Shown here piece by piece: positions 18,065 through 28,400 of a stretch of DNA of 64,000 nucleotides; positions within the stretch are counted from its first letter, which is position 1; each line of letters opens with the position of its first letter. The notes below the pieces were generated by a model. The model searched no databases. It was not told where the DNA came from and saw only the letters and a list, made by a program, of their open reading frames with translations. Made by a program: the position numbers and the translations under genes. Where the stretch lies: NCBI GenBank assembly GCA_944390005.1, contig CALXOJ010000003.1, positions 175,329 through 239,328 on the forward strand, written 5' to 3'. The DNA is from an uncultured Spirochaetota bacterium (GTDB lineage Bacteria; Spirochaetota; Spirochaetia; JAFGXN01).

Positions 18065-19566
18065 GAATCCTCTATCTGCTGAAATCGCTCGGCTACATTT
18101 TGCGGTTGTTGTCGGCAGCGCTGTTTGTCGGATGTCTGGTTCCGCTGCTCTCCCGCGATTACGCCGGTATCGTTCCGTATCTGACCGCTTCTCTGCTCTG
18201 TTTGGCGTGCGCACTGCTGTTCCTTTTGATTACCCGCCGTGTAAAAACTCTTGATGACATTCGCAAAGTTGAATCGTTGTCGGTTGTCGCTCTCATTTGG
18301 ATTCTCTACGGTCTGTTTTGCGCGGTTCCGTTTCTTTTTTTTGAATTTTCGTTTTTGGATGCGTTTTTTGAATCGATTTCCGGATTGACGACGACCGGAG
18401 CTTCCGTTATCGTTGATTACAACGCCTATCCGCATTCGATTTTCTTTTGGCGAGCCTATCTCCATTGGCTGGGCGGAATCGGAATCGTGGTTCTGTTTGT
18501 CGGCGTTTTGCCTCAGTTCTCGGTTGCCGGACGGCAGCTTTTTTTCGCCGAATCGTCTGGTCCGACAGAAGAAAAGCTGACGCCGCGGATTCGGCAGACG
18601 GCGACGCTGATTTTTTTTGTTTACGGGTTTCTGACGGTACTTCAAATTTTTCTGTTGTTGATTTGCGGCGTGCCGCTTTTCGATGCTGTTTGCACATCAT
18701 TTTCGACCATGGGAACAGGCGGGTTTTCCATTTACGCTGACGGTCTGAGACCGTATAATTCGGTCGCCGTTGTCTGGATTGTCATCGTTTTTATGTTTGT
18801 CGCTGGTTGTAATCTTTCCCTGGTTTACCGACTGCTTTTTGGAAAACGGCACCGTTTTGCGATTTTTAAAAACGGGGAATTTCGTCTTTATGCGGCAATT
18901 GTATTGATTTTGTCCGCCGGACTGTTTGTTTCGCTGACAGTCAATCAAAAAATGTCTTCCGGTACAGCTCTGACCGAATCGGTTTTTCATATCGTCACAT
19001 TGATGACGACAACCGGATTTACGTATTCAAATTTCGAATTGTGGGACGCAGCTTCGAAAATCTTTTTGATTTTGGCAATGATGACCGGCGCTTGTGCGGG
19101 ATCGACAGCCGGCGGAATCAAAATTATCCGCATTCTCTACGCTTTCAAGCTGATTGCCCGTGAACTGAAACAGATGGTTCATCCGAATGCGGTGCTTCCG
19201 ATCAAAGTTGACGGAAAACCGCTTCCCGACGCGACGGCGCGGCAGGCGGCCTCTTTTCTTCTGCTTTATTTCATGTTGTTTCTTTTCGGCGCCATCGTCA
19301 TGACCGTCGTAGAGGGGAATTTGACGGTCGGATTGACAGGTTCGCTGACAACTCTTGGCAACGTCGGTCCCGGTTTCGGCATCATCGGTCCGTACGGTTC
19401 CTACGCCGAGCTGCACGCCGTTTCAAAAGCGGTCGCCATTTTCAATATGCTGATGGGGCGTTTAGAGCTGATTCCTTTTATGATTCTCTTTTATCCGAGA
19501 TTCCGTCTCCGTGGTAAAAACGCCGATTGGAGACGGCACCTAAAAAAAACCGCGACGGAAATTTAA
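18061..19566 (+). CDS. trkH: Trk/Ktr potassium transporter membrane subunit TrkH
   Basis: About 10-12 TM segments. Selectivity-filter-like glycine motifs repeat (TTTGAS, TMGTGGFS, TTTGFT, LGNVGPGF). Overlaps the trkA stop by 4 nt. Confidence 0.85.
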   Translation: MRILYLLKSLGYILRLLSAALFVGCLVPLLSRDYAGIVPYLTASLLCLACALLFLLITRRVKTLDDIRKVESLSVVALIWILYGLFCAVPFLFFEFSFLDAFFESISGLTTTGASVIVDYNAYPHSIFFWRAYLHWLGGIGIVVLFVGVLPQFSVAGRQLFFAESSGPTEEKLTPRIRQTATLIFFVYGFLTVLQIFLLLICGVPLFDAVCTSFSTMGTGGFSIYADGLRPYNSVAVVWIVIVFMFVAGCNLSLVYRLLFGKRHRFAIFKNGEFRLYAAIVLILSAGLFVSLTVNQKMSSGTALTESVFHIVTLMTTTGFTYSNFELWDAASKIFLILAMMTGACAGSTAGGIKIIRILYAFKLIARELKQMVHPNAVLPIKVDGKPLPDATARQAASFLLLYFMLFLFGAIVMTVVEGNLTVGLTGSLTTLGNVGPGFGIIGPYGSYAELHAVSKAVAIFNMLMGRLELIPFMILFYPRFRLRGKNADWRRHLKKTATEI

Positions 19567-19583
19567 TTTCCGTCGCGGTCCGC
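19541..19583 (-). terminator. Rho-independent terminator of gltX (hairpin shared with trkH 3' end)
   Basis: A perfect palindrome CCGCGACGGAAATT-TAA-TTTCCGTCGCGG at 19547-19583 contains both convergent stop codons. It is preceded by A8 on the + strand, which gives a U-run for the minus-strand transcript. Confidence 0.45.
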
Positions 19584-21062
19584 CGCGTTCAGCAGATCGG
19601 CGGCGGCTTTCACACGCGCACACACCGGTTCCGCTCCCAGCAGCCGCATTGTTTCAAATATCGGAGGAGAAACCGCTGTTCCCGTTACGGCTACGCGCAG
19701 CGGATGGAGTAAATCGCCGATTTTTACACCGCGCCGCTCCGCCTCTTCCCGCAGCGCCGCTTCGTTTTCTTCATCACTGCGGCCGAAAAACGCCTGCGTA
19801 AAACGATAAAGCCATTGCAGTGCTCCGGCTGTTGCTTCAACCGAACCGTTTTTCGGAATCAGCGAGGCGCTGTTGTTCAGATGAACGCCTTCAAACAGAA
19901 AGCGAATCATTTCAGGCGCATCGGCGAGCTTTTTCAGCCGTTCGCGGATTAAAGGAACGGCACCGGTTAGAATTTCATTTTCCTTTGCTGTCGGCGGATC
20001 GGAGCAAAGCTTCGCTTTTTGCAGAAACGGCAGCAGTCTGCGGCGGAGTTCTTCCGGCTGCAGTTTGCGTATGTACTGTCCGTTAAACCAATCCAGTTTT
20101 TTGTAGTCAAAAACGCCGGGAGCTTTGTTGATTTTTTCCAACGAAAAGACCTTCTTTAATTCGTCTTTTGTGAAAAATTCGGTTTTGTCGTCATAGGACC
20201 AACCGATCATCGTTACATAGTTGATAATCGCTTCGGGGAGATAACCGTTTTCACGAAATTCCCGCGCGGAGGTCGAACCGTGGCGTTTGGAGAGCTTTTG
20301 GCCGTCTTTTCCCATGACCATCGGTAAGTGGCAGTATTTCGGCACTTCCCAACCGAAGGCGTTATAAAGAAGAATATGCAGAGGTCCTGTCGGAATCCAC
20401 TCCTGCGCCCGCAGAATGTGGGTGATCTCCATCAGATGATCGTCAATGACATTGGCCAAATGATAGGTTGGAAATCCGTCGCTTTTCAGCAAAACCGGAT
20501 CCGGAGAAATGTCGCTGTTTTTGCGGGTGATCTTCCCGAAAAGCAAATCCTCCATGACGGTTGAACCGCTCAGCGGAACTTTAAATCGAATCACCGGGTT
20601 TTTTCCGGAGGCGCGAAATTCTTCCCGTTTGCGTTCCCGTTCTTCGGGAGAGAGGTCGCGGCAATGGCGGTCGTAGCCTTGGTGGCTGCTCTTTCCTGAT
20701 TTCTGTTCTTCCCGCAGCGACTCCAGCCGTTCTTCGGTACAGAAGCATTCGTACGCAAAGCCTTTTTCCACCAGTTCGCGCGCATATTTTTGATAAATGT
20801 CAAACCGCTGCGATTGAATGTAAGGCGCGTAAGGACCGCCTTTTTCCGGACCCTCATCCCAATCCAGCCCGAGCCAATCCATCGTATCGAAAAGATCTTG
20901 CAGGGATTCGTCGCTGTAACGTTCTCTGTCGGTATCTTCTATGCGGAGAATGAATTTTCCGCCTGTTGATTTTGCAAAAAACCAGTTGAAAAGCGCCGTT
21001 CTAACGCCGCCGATGTGCTGTAAACCGGTCGGCGATGGCGCATAGCGCACGCGTGTTGTCAT
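19563..21062 (-). CDS. gltX: glutamyl-tRNA synthetase
   Basis: The HIGH-type motif is in MTTRVRYAPSPTGLQHIGGVRTALFNW. The KMSKS-type motif is KLSKRHG. 499 aa. Confidence 0.9.
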   Translation of the reverse strand: MTTRVRYAPSPTGLQHIGGVRTALFNWFFAKSTGGKFILRIEDTDRERYSDESLQDLFDTMDWLGLDWDEGPEKGGPYAPYIQSQRFDIYQKYARELVEKGFAYECFCTEERLESLREEQKSGKSSHQGYDRHCRDLSPEERERKREEFRASGKNPVIRFKVPLSGSTVMEDLLFGKITRKNSDISPDPVLLKSDGFPTYHLANVIDDHLMEITHILRAQEWIPTGPLHILLYNAFGWEVPKYCHLPMVMGKDGQKLSKRHGSTSAREFRENGYLPEAIINYVTMIGWSYDDKTEFFTKDELKKVFSLEKINKAPGVFDYKKLDWFNGQYIRKLQPEELRRRLLPFLQKAKLCSDPPTAKENEILTGAVPLIRERLKKLADAPEMIRFLFEGVHLNNSASLIPKNGSVEATAGALQWLYRFTQAFFGRSDEENEAALREEAERRGVKIGDLLHPLRVAVTGTAVSPPIFETMRLLGAEPVCARVKAAADLLNAADRDGN

Positions 21063-21153
21063 TCGGAGACTCCTCTTTCTTCGGATTATATACTCAAATT
21101 ATATAAAAAACAAGTCGATAATAAAGAGAGAAGGCAGAATACCGAAAGATAAT

Positions 21154-22308
21154 ATGCATAAAGTTCCGATCGCTCAATTAAAAATCAATACTTATTACAC
21201 ATCTCCTCTCTTTTGGGATGGGTATATTATTTTATATCCCAATTTGCCGATTACCGAAGATCTGCTTAATCGGTTAAATCAGTGGCATTGTACAGAAGTC
21301 GAAACTTCCGGGTGGCCGTCCGAATCGATTCCGAGTTTAAAAATGGATCCGTTTTTGGAATCCGTTGTCGACAGCAGAGGGAAAGTTTTCAAGAAAGAAG
21401 GCGACGGACTTCGTTCAATTGAATCGGTGCTTTCACGTGTTTACTCTGTTTGCCGAGGAACAGAGAAGATTGACGTCAATGCCTTCTTCGAATTTGCCAA
21501 GGATTTCAGAGCGATGATAGCCGGTGATCTTTCTGTGTATCTGACGGTTCCGGTCTCCGATTTTGCGGAGAGTGACTATTTGATTGCGCAGTCTGTTCGA
21601 ACGGCTGTGCTTTCATTTGCCGTCAGCGAAGCACTGAAAATTCCTTTATACCGACAGCTGGAGTTGATTACGGCCGCTTTGCTGCATAAAATCGGAATGG
21701 TGAAAATTCCGAAGATCGTTTACTTGAAAGAAGGCACATTGAGCGAAAAAGAAACAGAATTAATTCGTTTTTATCCGGTTTTGGGTGCACGGATTTTGAA
21801 AGCGAACGGCTTTAGTAATGAAGTCATTCAAGGCGTTTTGGAGCATCAGGAAGCGTATGACGGTTCGGGATATCCGCAGCACTTGGTGGGAGAGGGAATT
21901 TCTCTTTTTGGTCGAATTTTGAATGTTGCTTCTTCGTTTTGCGCCATGACGGCATTTCGTCCGTATCGAAGCGAGATTAAAAACGAAAGCAGCAGTATTT
22001 TAAAAATTCTTCAAGGAGCCAAAAAAGAGTACGATCCGAACATTTGCCGCACTTTGTTGGGAATTCTTTCGCTCTATCCTATCGGAACGATGGTTTTATT
22101 GGCAAATAATTCTGTTGCGGTCGCCGTGAAAGTCAACCCCGATAATCCCAAAGCTCCTTATGTCAAACTGCTGACCGATTCATCGGGAAAACCTGTGATG
22201 AATGAGCAAATATTCGATACACAACGGGATGATTTTCAAATTATCCGCGTATTGACCGATGATGAAGCGCAAAATGTCAAAAATTTATTTGCGGAAAAGC
22301 GCAAATGA
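21154..22308 (+). CDS. HD-GYP domain protein with degenerate metal-binding motif (HK in place of HD), N-terminal domain of unknown function
   Basis: The C-terminal half matches HD-GYP (AYDGSGYPQHL...RILNVASSFCAMTAFRPYR). The canonical HD dipeptide reads HK (ALLHKIGM). The HHE triad reads EHQE. Confidence 0.7.
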   Translation: MHKVPIAQLKINTYYTSPLFWDGYIILYPNLPITEDLLNRLNQWHCTEVETSGWPSESIPSLKMDPFLESVVDSRGKVFKKEGDGLRSIESVLSRVYSVCRGTEKIDVNAFFEFAKDFRAMIAGDLSVYLTVPVSDFAESDYLIAQSVRTAVLSFAVSEALKIPLYRQLELITAALLHKIGMVKIPKIVYLKEGTLSEKETELIRFYPVLGARILKANGFSNEVIQGVLEHQEAYDGSGYPQHLVGEGISLFGRILNVASSFCAMTAFRPYRSEIKNESSSILKILQGAKKEYDPNICRTLLGILSLYPIGTMVLLANNSVAVAVKVNPDNPKAPYVKLLTDSSGKPVMNEQIFDTQRDDFQIIRVLTDDEAQNVKNLFAEKRK

Positions 22309-23939
22309 CTTTTTCTGTTGAATTCGAAAATCGAAGCGAAACGCTTTCCTCCATCGTCACTGCCGACGAATATTTGAAAACGAAGGGTGTTGAACAACCG
22401 CTTGCCGTTAAAATCAACGGCGTTTTGCAGCCTTTATCGGCGCCGCTTAACCGAAACTGTCGGCTGGAAACCGTTGCGCCGCCGTCGGCCGAAGCGGCAG
22501 CCGTGCTTCGGCACACGCTGAGTTTTTTGACGGCAGCGGTCTTTAAACGGCTTTTTCCCAAATCGAAAGCGGTGATTCAACGGTCGGTGCCGCTTGGTTA
22601 CGCGTATACGGTTGACGGCGAATGGAGCCGGGCGATGGCCGAATGTCTGTATCGTCGTTTGGATGAGGCAAGACGCAGCGGTGAACCGATTTCCGAAAAA
22701 ATACTTTCCTATGCCGATGCTGAGCGTCTCTTTGCCGACGGCAGCCTTGACGAATCAAGCCGCAAACTTTTTTCTTTTATTCCGTCCGACGAAATTGTTC
22801 TTCATGAATGGAACGGCATTCTTTTGTACTCGTTTCACGTTTTGGCGGCGAATGCGGCTTTTCTGCCCGACTTTGAGGTGATTTTTGAAGAGGGCGGCTG
22901 TGCGGTGCGTTTTTGCGCCGATCCTGAAACGGGGCGGCCGCTGCCTTATCAAGCCGGCAGCACTTTGGCCCGCGTTTACGGTTTGGGAAAACGGTGGTGC
23001 GCCGTTTCCGGCGTGAGCACCGTCGGCGACTTAAACGAATGCGTTCGCCGTAACCGCGTCGGCGATTTTATCCGCATTAATGAAACGCTGCAGGAGAACG
23101 CGTTGGCAGCTGCGGCGGCACAAATCCGGGAACGGGGTGAAATCAAAGCGGTTCTGTTAGCCGGCCCTTCGTCATCCGGAAAGACCACAACGCTGAAACG
23201 GCTTTGCACTCAGTTGGAGGTTCTCGGTTATCACACCGTGCCGCTGTCGCTCGACAATTATTACAAAAATCGCGAAGAAATTCCGAAAGACGAAAACGGA
23301 CAGTACGACTTCGAATGTCTTGAATCGATTGACGTCGGTTTGATTCGCCGTCATTTGACCGATTTCTTTGACGGCAAAACGATTGTACCGCCGGTCTTCG
23401 ATTTTGTTTTGGGAAAAAGCCGTCCCGGAAAACCGATTGAACCCCGTTCCGACTCGCTTGTTGTCATTGAGGGGATTCACGGCCTCAATCCGCAGCTTTT
23501 GCCGGAAACGGCGGCGGATCGGGTTTTTAAGGTCTACCTGTCGGCGCTGACGCAAATCCGCATTGATGACGCCAACCGCATATCGACAACCGATAATCGT
23601 CTGCTGCGCCGTCTGGTTCGCGACGCCAAATACCGCGGCACTTCCGCCGAACGGACCTTTTCAATGTGGCCGAAGGTGGTTGCCGGAGAGCGTCAATACA
23701 TCTTTCCGTATCAAAACGAAGCCGACGTCGCTTTCAACTCTTCTCTCGATTATGAAATTTCTGTCTTAAAAGTGTATGCCGAACCGCTTTTGAGATCAAT
23801 TCAGCCTGATAGTCCGTATTTCGATGCGGCAGGGCGGCTTTTGAAGCTGCTTTCACTCTTTTTGTCGATTCCGGCGCAGGACGTACCTCCCTTTTCACTT
23901 CTGCGGGAATTCATCGGAAACAGCGGTTTTTCCTATTAA
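22305..23939 (+). CDS. TGS-domain protein fused to a uridine kinase/phosphoribulokinase-family P-loop NTP kinase
   Basis: The N-terminal ~60 aa resemble a ThrRS-like TGS domain (AVKINGVLQPLSAPLNRNCRLETV). The C-terminal part has a P-loop GPSSSGKTT and PRK/uridine-kinase-like segments (DNYYKNREEIP...FDF). It overlaps the HD-GYP gene stop by 4 nt. Confidence 0.65.
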   Translation: MTFSVEFENRSETLSSIVTADEYLKTKGVEQPLAVKINGVLQPLSAPLNRNCRLETVAPPSAEAAAVLRHTLSFLTAAVFKRLFPKSKAVIQRSVPLGYAYTVDGEWSRAMAECLYRRLDEARRSGEPISEKILSYADAERLFADGSLDESSRKLFSFIPSDEIVLHEWNGILLYSFHVLAANAAFLPDFEVIFEEGGCAVRFCADPETGRPLPYQAGSTLARVYGLGKRWCAVSGVSTVGDLNECVRRNRVGDFIRINETLQENALAAAAAQIRERGEIKAVLLAGPSSSGKTTTLKRLCTQLEVLGYHTVPLSLDNYYKNREEIPKDENGQYDFECLESIDVGLIRRHLTDFFDGKTIVPPVFDFVLGKSRPGKPIEPRSDSLVVIEGIHGLNPQLLPETAADRVFKVYLSALTQIRIDDANRISTTDNRLLRRLVRDAKYRGTSAERTFSMWPKVVAGERQYIFPYQNEADVAFNSSLDYEISVLKVYAEPLLRSIQPDSPYFDAAGRLLKLLSLFLSIPAQDVPPFSLLREFIGNSGFSY

Positions 23940-24008
23940 AACGGGATCATTTTTCCGATTTTTTCACACGGACTTTCCCTGATTCGGGTTTTCTGATATG
24001 ATGAGTTT

Positions 24009-25361
24009 ATGAAACGGGAATACGATACGGAAGACGATATTGCCGCATTGGCAACGCCGCGGGCGGTCGGCGCGATAGCCGTAATCCGCACGTCGGGGAA
24101 ACGGTGTTTGGAAAAAGCGGCCCGCTGTTTTTCGCGGCCGAAAGCGTTGAAGGCGGTCGAAGGCGGCACTTTTCTTTATGGGAAAATTCTCCATCCGACA
24201 ACAAAAGAGCCGATTGACGACGTTATTGTTTCCGTTTCGCGCGCGCCGCGCAGTTATACCGGCGGCGACTGCTTGGAAATCAGCTGTCACGGAGGGATTC
24301 CCGGCGTCGATGCGGTTTTGGCGGCGTTGAGAGAGGTTGGTTTCCGCGATGCGGAACCGGGTGAGTTTACCATGCGCGCCTTTATCAACGGCAAACTCGA
24401 TTTGACTCAAGCGGAAGCGGTCGCTTCTCTCATAGATGCAAAAACGAAAGCGATGCATACGGCTTCTCTCCGAACGTTGGACGGCGCTGTTTCCCGTGAA
24501 TTGTCGGAAATACGGCGAATTTTGATTGATGTTTCGGCAGCGGTCGAGGTGCAGCTCGATTACGCCGAAGACGATTTGGACGACGCGGTTGTTGTTCCGG
24601 CTGCGGAGCTGGAAGAAGCGGCTCTCCGTTTAAGGCGGTTGTCAGATTCGTACAAAGTCGGCCGTCTGATGAGAGAAGGTGTAAAAATTGCGTTGGCGGG
24701 ACGAACAAATTCGGGAAAATCCTCGCTTTTCAATCGACTGCTCAACGAAGAGCGTTCCATCGTCTCCGATATTCACGGTACGACTCGCGATTATTTGGAA
24801 GAGAGTGTGACGATTGCCGGATTCCCCGTTGTATTATATGATACCGCCGGATTGAGGCGTTCCGATGATCGGATTGAGGCGGAGGGAATCGAACGTGCGC
24901 ACAGAATTCTTGACGCCTGCGATTTGGTTTTGTATGTTGTCAACGCTGTCGACGGTGAAACCGACGAAGACTGCCGCCGGTTGGAGCGAATTCGGACGCC
25001 GATTCTGAAAGTGATTAATAAAATCGATTTGAAAGCGCCGCCGGCCGGGTTTAACGGTATTCCCGTCAGCGCGGCAACCGGCGAAGGCCTTTCCGGTTTG
25101 ATCGAAGCCCTCGCCGACCGGCTGAAATCGGAGGCGGGAACGTCAGAGCCACCGTTTGCCGTCAATGAACGGCAGTCGCAGCTTGTGCGGCAAGCGCTGA
25201 CCGCGGTCGAAGCGGCATTGACTGACAACGGCGGCGCTGTCCTCGACGGCATTGCCATCGAACTTAAAGAAGCGCTTGATGCCGTCGGCGAGCTGACCGG
25301 CGAAACCGCCTCGCCCGACATCCTCGACGCCGTCTTTTCCCGTTTCTGTGTGGGAAAATAA
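24009..25361 (+). CDS. mnmE: tRNA uridine-5-carboxymethylaminomethyl modification GTPase MnmE
   Basis: N-terminal DDIAALATPRAVGAIAVIRTSG. G-domain motifs GRTNSGKSS, DTAGLR and NKID. C-terminal CVGK tetrapeptide, the MnmE hallmark. Confidence 0.9.
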   Translation: MKREYDTEDDIAALATPRAVGAIAVIRTSGKRCLEKAARCFSRPKALKAVEGGTFLYGKILHPTTKEPIDDVIVSVSRAPRSYTGGDCLEISCHGGIPGVDAVLAALREVGFRDAEPGEFTMRAFINGKLDLTQAEAVASLIDAKTKAMHTASLRTLDGAVSRELSEIRRILIDVSAAVEVQLDYAEDDLDDAVVVPAAELEEAALRLRRLSDSYKVGRLMREGVKIALAGRTNSGKSSLFNRLLNEERSIVSDIHGTTRDYLEESVTIAGFPVVLYDTAGLRRSDDRIEAEGIERAHRILDACDLVLYVVNAVDGETDEDCRRLERIRTPILKVINKIDLKAPPAGFNGIPVSAATGEGLSGLIEALADRLKSEAGTSEPPFAVNERQSQLVRQALTAVEAALTDNGGAVLDGIAIELKEALDAVGELTGETASPDILDAVFSRFCVGK

Positions 25362-25424
25362 ACCGTTAAAAACACGGCTGCCGCTAATTTATACAAAATA
25401 AAACATTTTTTCATTTAATTCTCT

Positions 25425-25451
25425 TGACTTCTCATTAATCTGTGTTATGAT
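25425..25451 (+). promoter_or_regulatory. putative promoter of the astacin-like gene (TTGACT + extended -10 TGTTATGAT)
   Basis: TTGACT at 25425-25430. TGn-TATGAT at 25443-25451. RBS AGGGGGAG 4 nt before ATG 25472. Confidence 0.4.
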
Positions 25452-25471
25452 TTCAAATACAGGGGGAGAAA

Positions 25472-28400
25472 ATGATTCGAAAGTGTTTTTTTGTTGCAGG
25501 AATTCTGTTTTTTATCGGATGTCCGGCCTCGGAAGCTCAATACATTTATTTTGTCAATCAAAGCGGAGTGATTCTGCAGAAAGTTGAAATTCAAAATATG
25601 CAAAATCCCGACGGGAACGGCATCAAATATGAGAATCTCGGTGTAAATGAAAATTTTTCTTTGGAAAAGATGGATCTCGGTTTTTATCAAATCATTGTCC
25701 GCAGTGAAAAGTATGTCGGAACTTACACTGTGCTGCTGTCGGAGCAGCGCCCTTCCGCTACCTGTTGCCTGACTCCCGATTTCCGGTTGACTCATTCCGT
25801 TTCCGATTCCGTGAGGTTTCAGTCGTCGTCAGCTCTGACCCGGTTAAGCGCTCGGATTGATACGGTTTTGGAAGAGAGCCGGCGTGCCTGTGAAGATGCA
25901 AAAAATAAATATGCCGGGTTGATTGCCGGTTACCTTCCCGGAGGAGTGAGGATCTTATTTAACGGAGCGGAACTGAATACAGAGGAAGCTGTATTTGAGA
26001 ATATCGAGCATTTCGGGGAGTTTGAGATAACGTATTCAAATGATATTATTAAAAACGAAATCAATGACGGATTTTCCGTAATTTACCGGGAGTTTTTAAA
26101 CGCCCGTCCGGATCCGTTACAAAATATGCTGGAAATAAACGGTTTGTGCGGCGCTTCCGAGGACGAGGAGTATCTTTATTTTGAAGGGAATGCGGTCAGC
26201 AAACTTAACTTCGGAGCAGCCGCTTTCATTAAAATGTTATGCGGAATTTCAGAGATAGATCCGCCAACCGTAAAAGGATATCGAAACGATGTCTCTCCGA
26301 TTTGGGAGGAGGGTTACCGATATGCGTTTAAAGAAAATTTTTCCGAATCCGAAAAAAACTTTTTCCGCGAACGGTTGGCAGAATGGATGGAGGTTATTGA
26401 TAACCGGAGTTACTCGGCAAGTCAAATTCAATCCGAGTTTGAAATTCCGGCAGGAACACATCAATATAATTTATGGCATATCGGATGCTATTATTTGGGG
26501 ATGATCTATAAAAAGGACAGAAAGGAGGATGATTACTACGACAGCGGAAGCGGATTGTCGGGATTCCCCGGGAAAATGCCTTGGCAATGGATTACTCTTT
26601 ACGGAAAGGGCGTAGAAAGCAAACGTATTGTTTTACACGAAATCGGTCATAATTTGGGATTGATGCACGAACATCAGCGGTGGGACAGCGTAAATCATTT
26701 GCTTGATACGGAGGATTCCGTGCAATGGACACGGCTTCCCGGAAATCAGAAAACCGGTTATGATATTAATTCCGTTATGCATTATACTTCCATTGACTCT
26801 GGGCGAACCTCCGTTCATGATATTCATGGAAATATTGCCGCAAATTCAGGCTATTTGTCCGAGCTCGATAAAATCTTTATCTCCCGCTTATACAACCCCC
26901 ATTATTCCGGAAATCAATACCAATCGCCGGTTCCCGTGGTTGACAGAATTTTAATAAAGGATTCGAACGGGAAAAATCTGGCTATTTTTCATGAGGAAAA
27001 TGTGACCGGAGAATCTTTTGAAATGAGCGAGCCGGCGTCACTGAAAGATGATGTCTGGTTTGAGAGTGACGGCGTGGTTGCTGATAAAAAAAGAATCAAA
27101 TTGATTGAAAAGGGGGCTTTGGAACTCCCCGGAGGAAATGATCAGCCGACTCTGCCAAGAAAAGAGTATAACCGGTACGGTTTTTCTTATCAATCGGGGT
27201 ATGGAGACAAAGTTTATTACGTCGACGCCCGTTATACGAACAAAGTTGATATTTATATCAGGAAATTTGAATGGCAGAAACTGTCAACCCCTTCTCCGTA
27301 CAAACTGTATCACGGCAGCGAGTACAGTATTATGACTGTTCCTTTAACCGAGGCTTTGAACCGGATAGAGATTGTTTCGACAACCGTAAACGGATATTCG
27401 GTCAAATATATTTTCAATATAATAAAGGAAGAACAGTCATTGGAGTCTGTCCGCGCGCAGCTTTCCGGAGAGACGGTTTTTGAAAAAGATTCCGATGAAC
27501 TTCATCTTTCCCGTGTTTTTTACCTGAACTATATTTATAACGGAACTCCGCTTACATTATCCGCAGGGACAAAAACCGGGCAGACTGTGACAGTGAACGG
27601 AGCGGCTCAGACAAGTTGCTCCCTCAATTTAGAAAAAAATGAGTCCCGTCGGATTGATATCGAAGTCGGCTCTCTTTTTTCGGAACAAAAAACAACCTAC
27701 ACTTTTTATATTCAATGTCTTGATGAAGTTGCCGTTCCCGAGTCGGTTAAAATAACGTCGGGAGACGGAACCGTACTGGCGCAGGAGTCCGATGTTTGGA
27801 AATATTTTGATAATACGACGACTGTTGAAATTTTAAAGTCACCGGCAGCGTCTACCGTGAATATTGACTTTACTCTAAAAGAAAATCAGAAGATTTTTTA
27901 CAGTTCCGACAGGCGTGACTATAAAGAAATGAACACAGCTTTTGAAATCAGTCTTCCGCAGGACGATTCCGTTCATGCCTTCCGTGTCGATTATGACTTT
28001 AACGGAATTGACGACTCAAAAATTTTTTATTTAAGGTTTCAGAAATATACATTTTATAATTGCCGTGTGACGGTTCGGCCGGGCGGTGCGGTTAAAATGG
28101 AGGATACGGTAATTACTTCCGGAAGCCGGAGTTTTCAATGTCAGTCAAACCGCGTATATACCGTTCAATGCCGGGGGGCAACGGGATTCCGTCCCGAGGT
28201 TCCGCCTTCTTTGACGGAAACCGTTTATGACGGTATCTACCGGTTTCAGTTTTCCGGCGACAGTAGTGTTACGGTGGATTTTCCGGCTGTTTATCCCAAT
28301 CGTTATGAACATAGCGCGACGCTCAATCCTAAGGGAGAAGAAATCGACTGCCGTACAATTATCGAAGGAAATGATCTGTCGGTCAACGGGAATACAATTT

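Noticed and set aside
18601-18608. T8 homopolymer inside trkH as a possible frameshift or phase-variation site
   Set aside because: The reading frame is intact across it and it encodes a hydrophobic TM stretch (IFFVYG). Length is modest and the gene is a housekeeping transporter.
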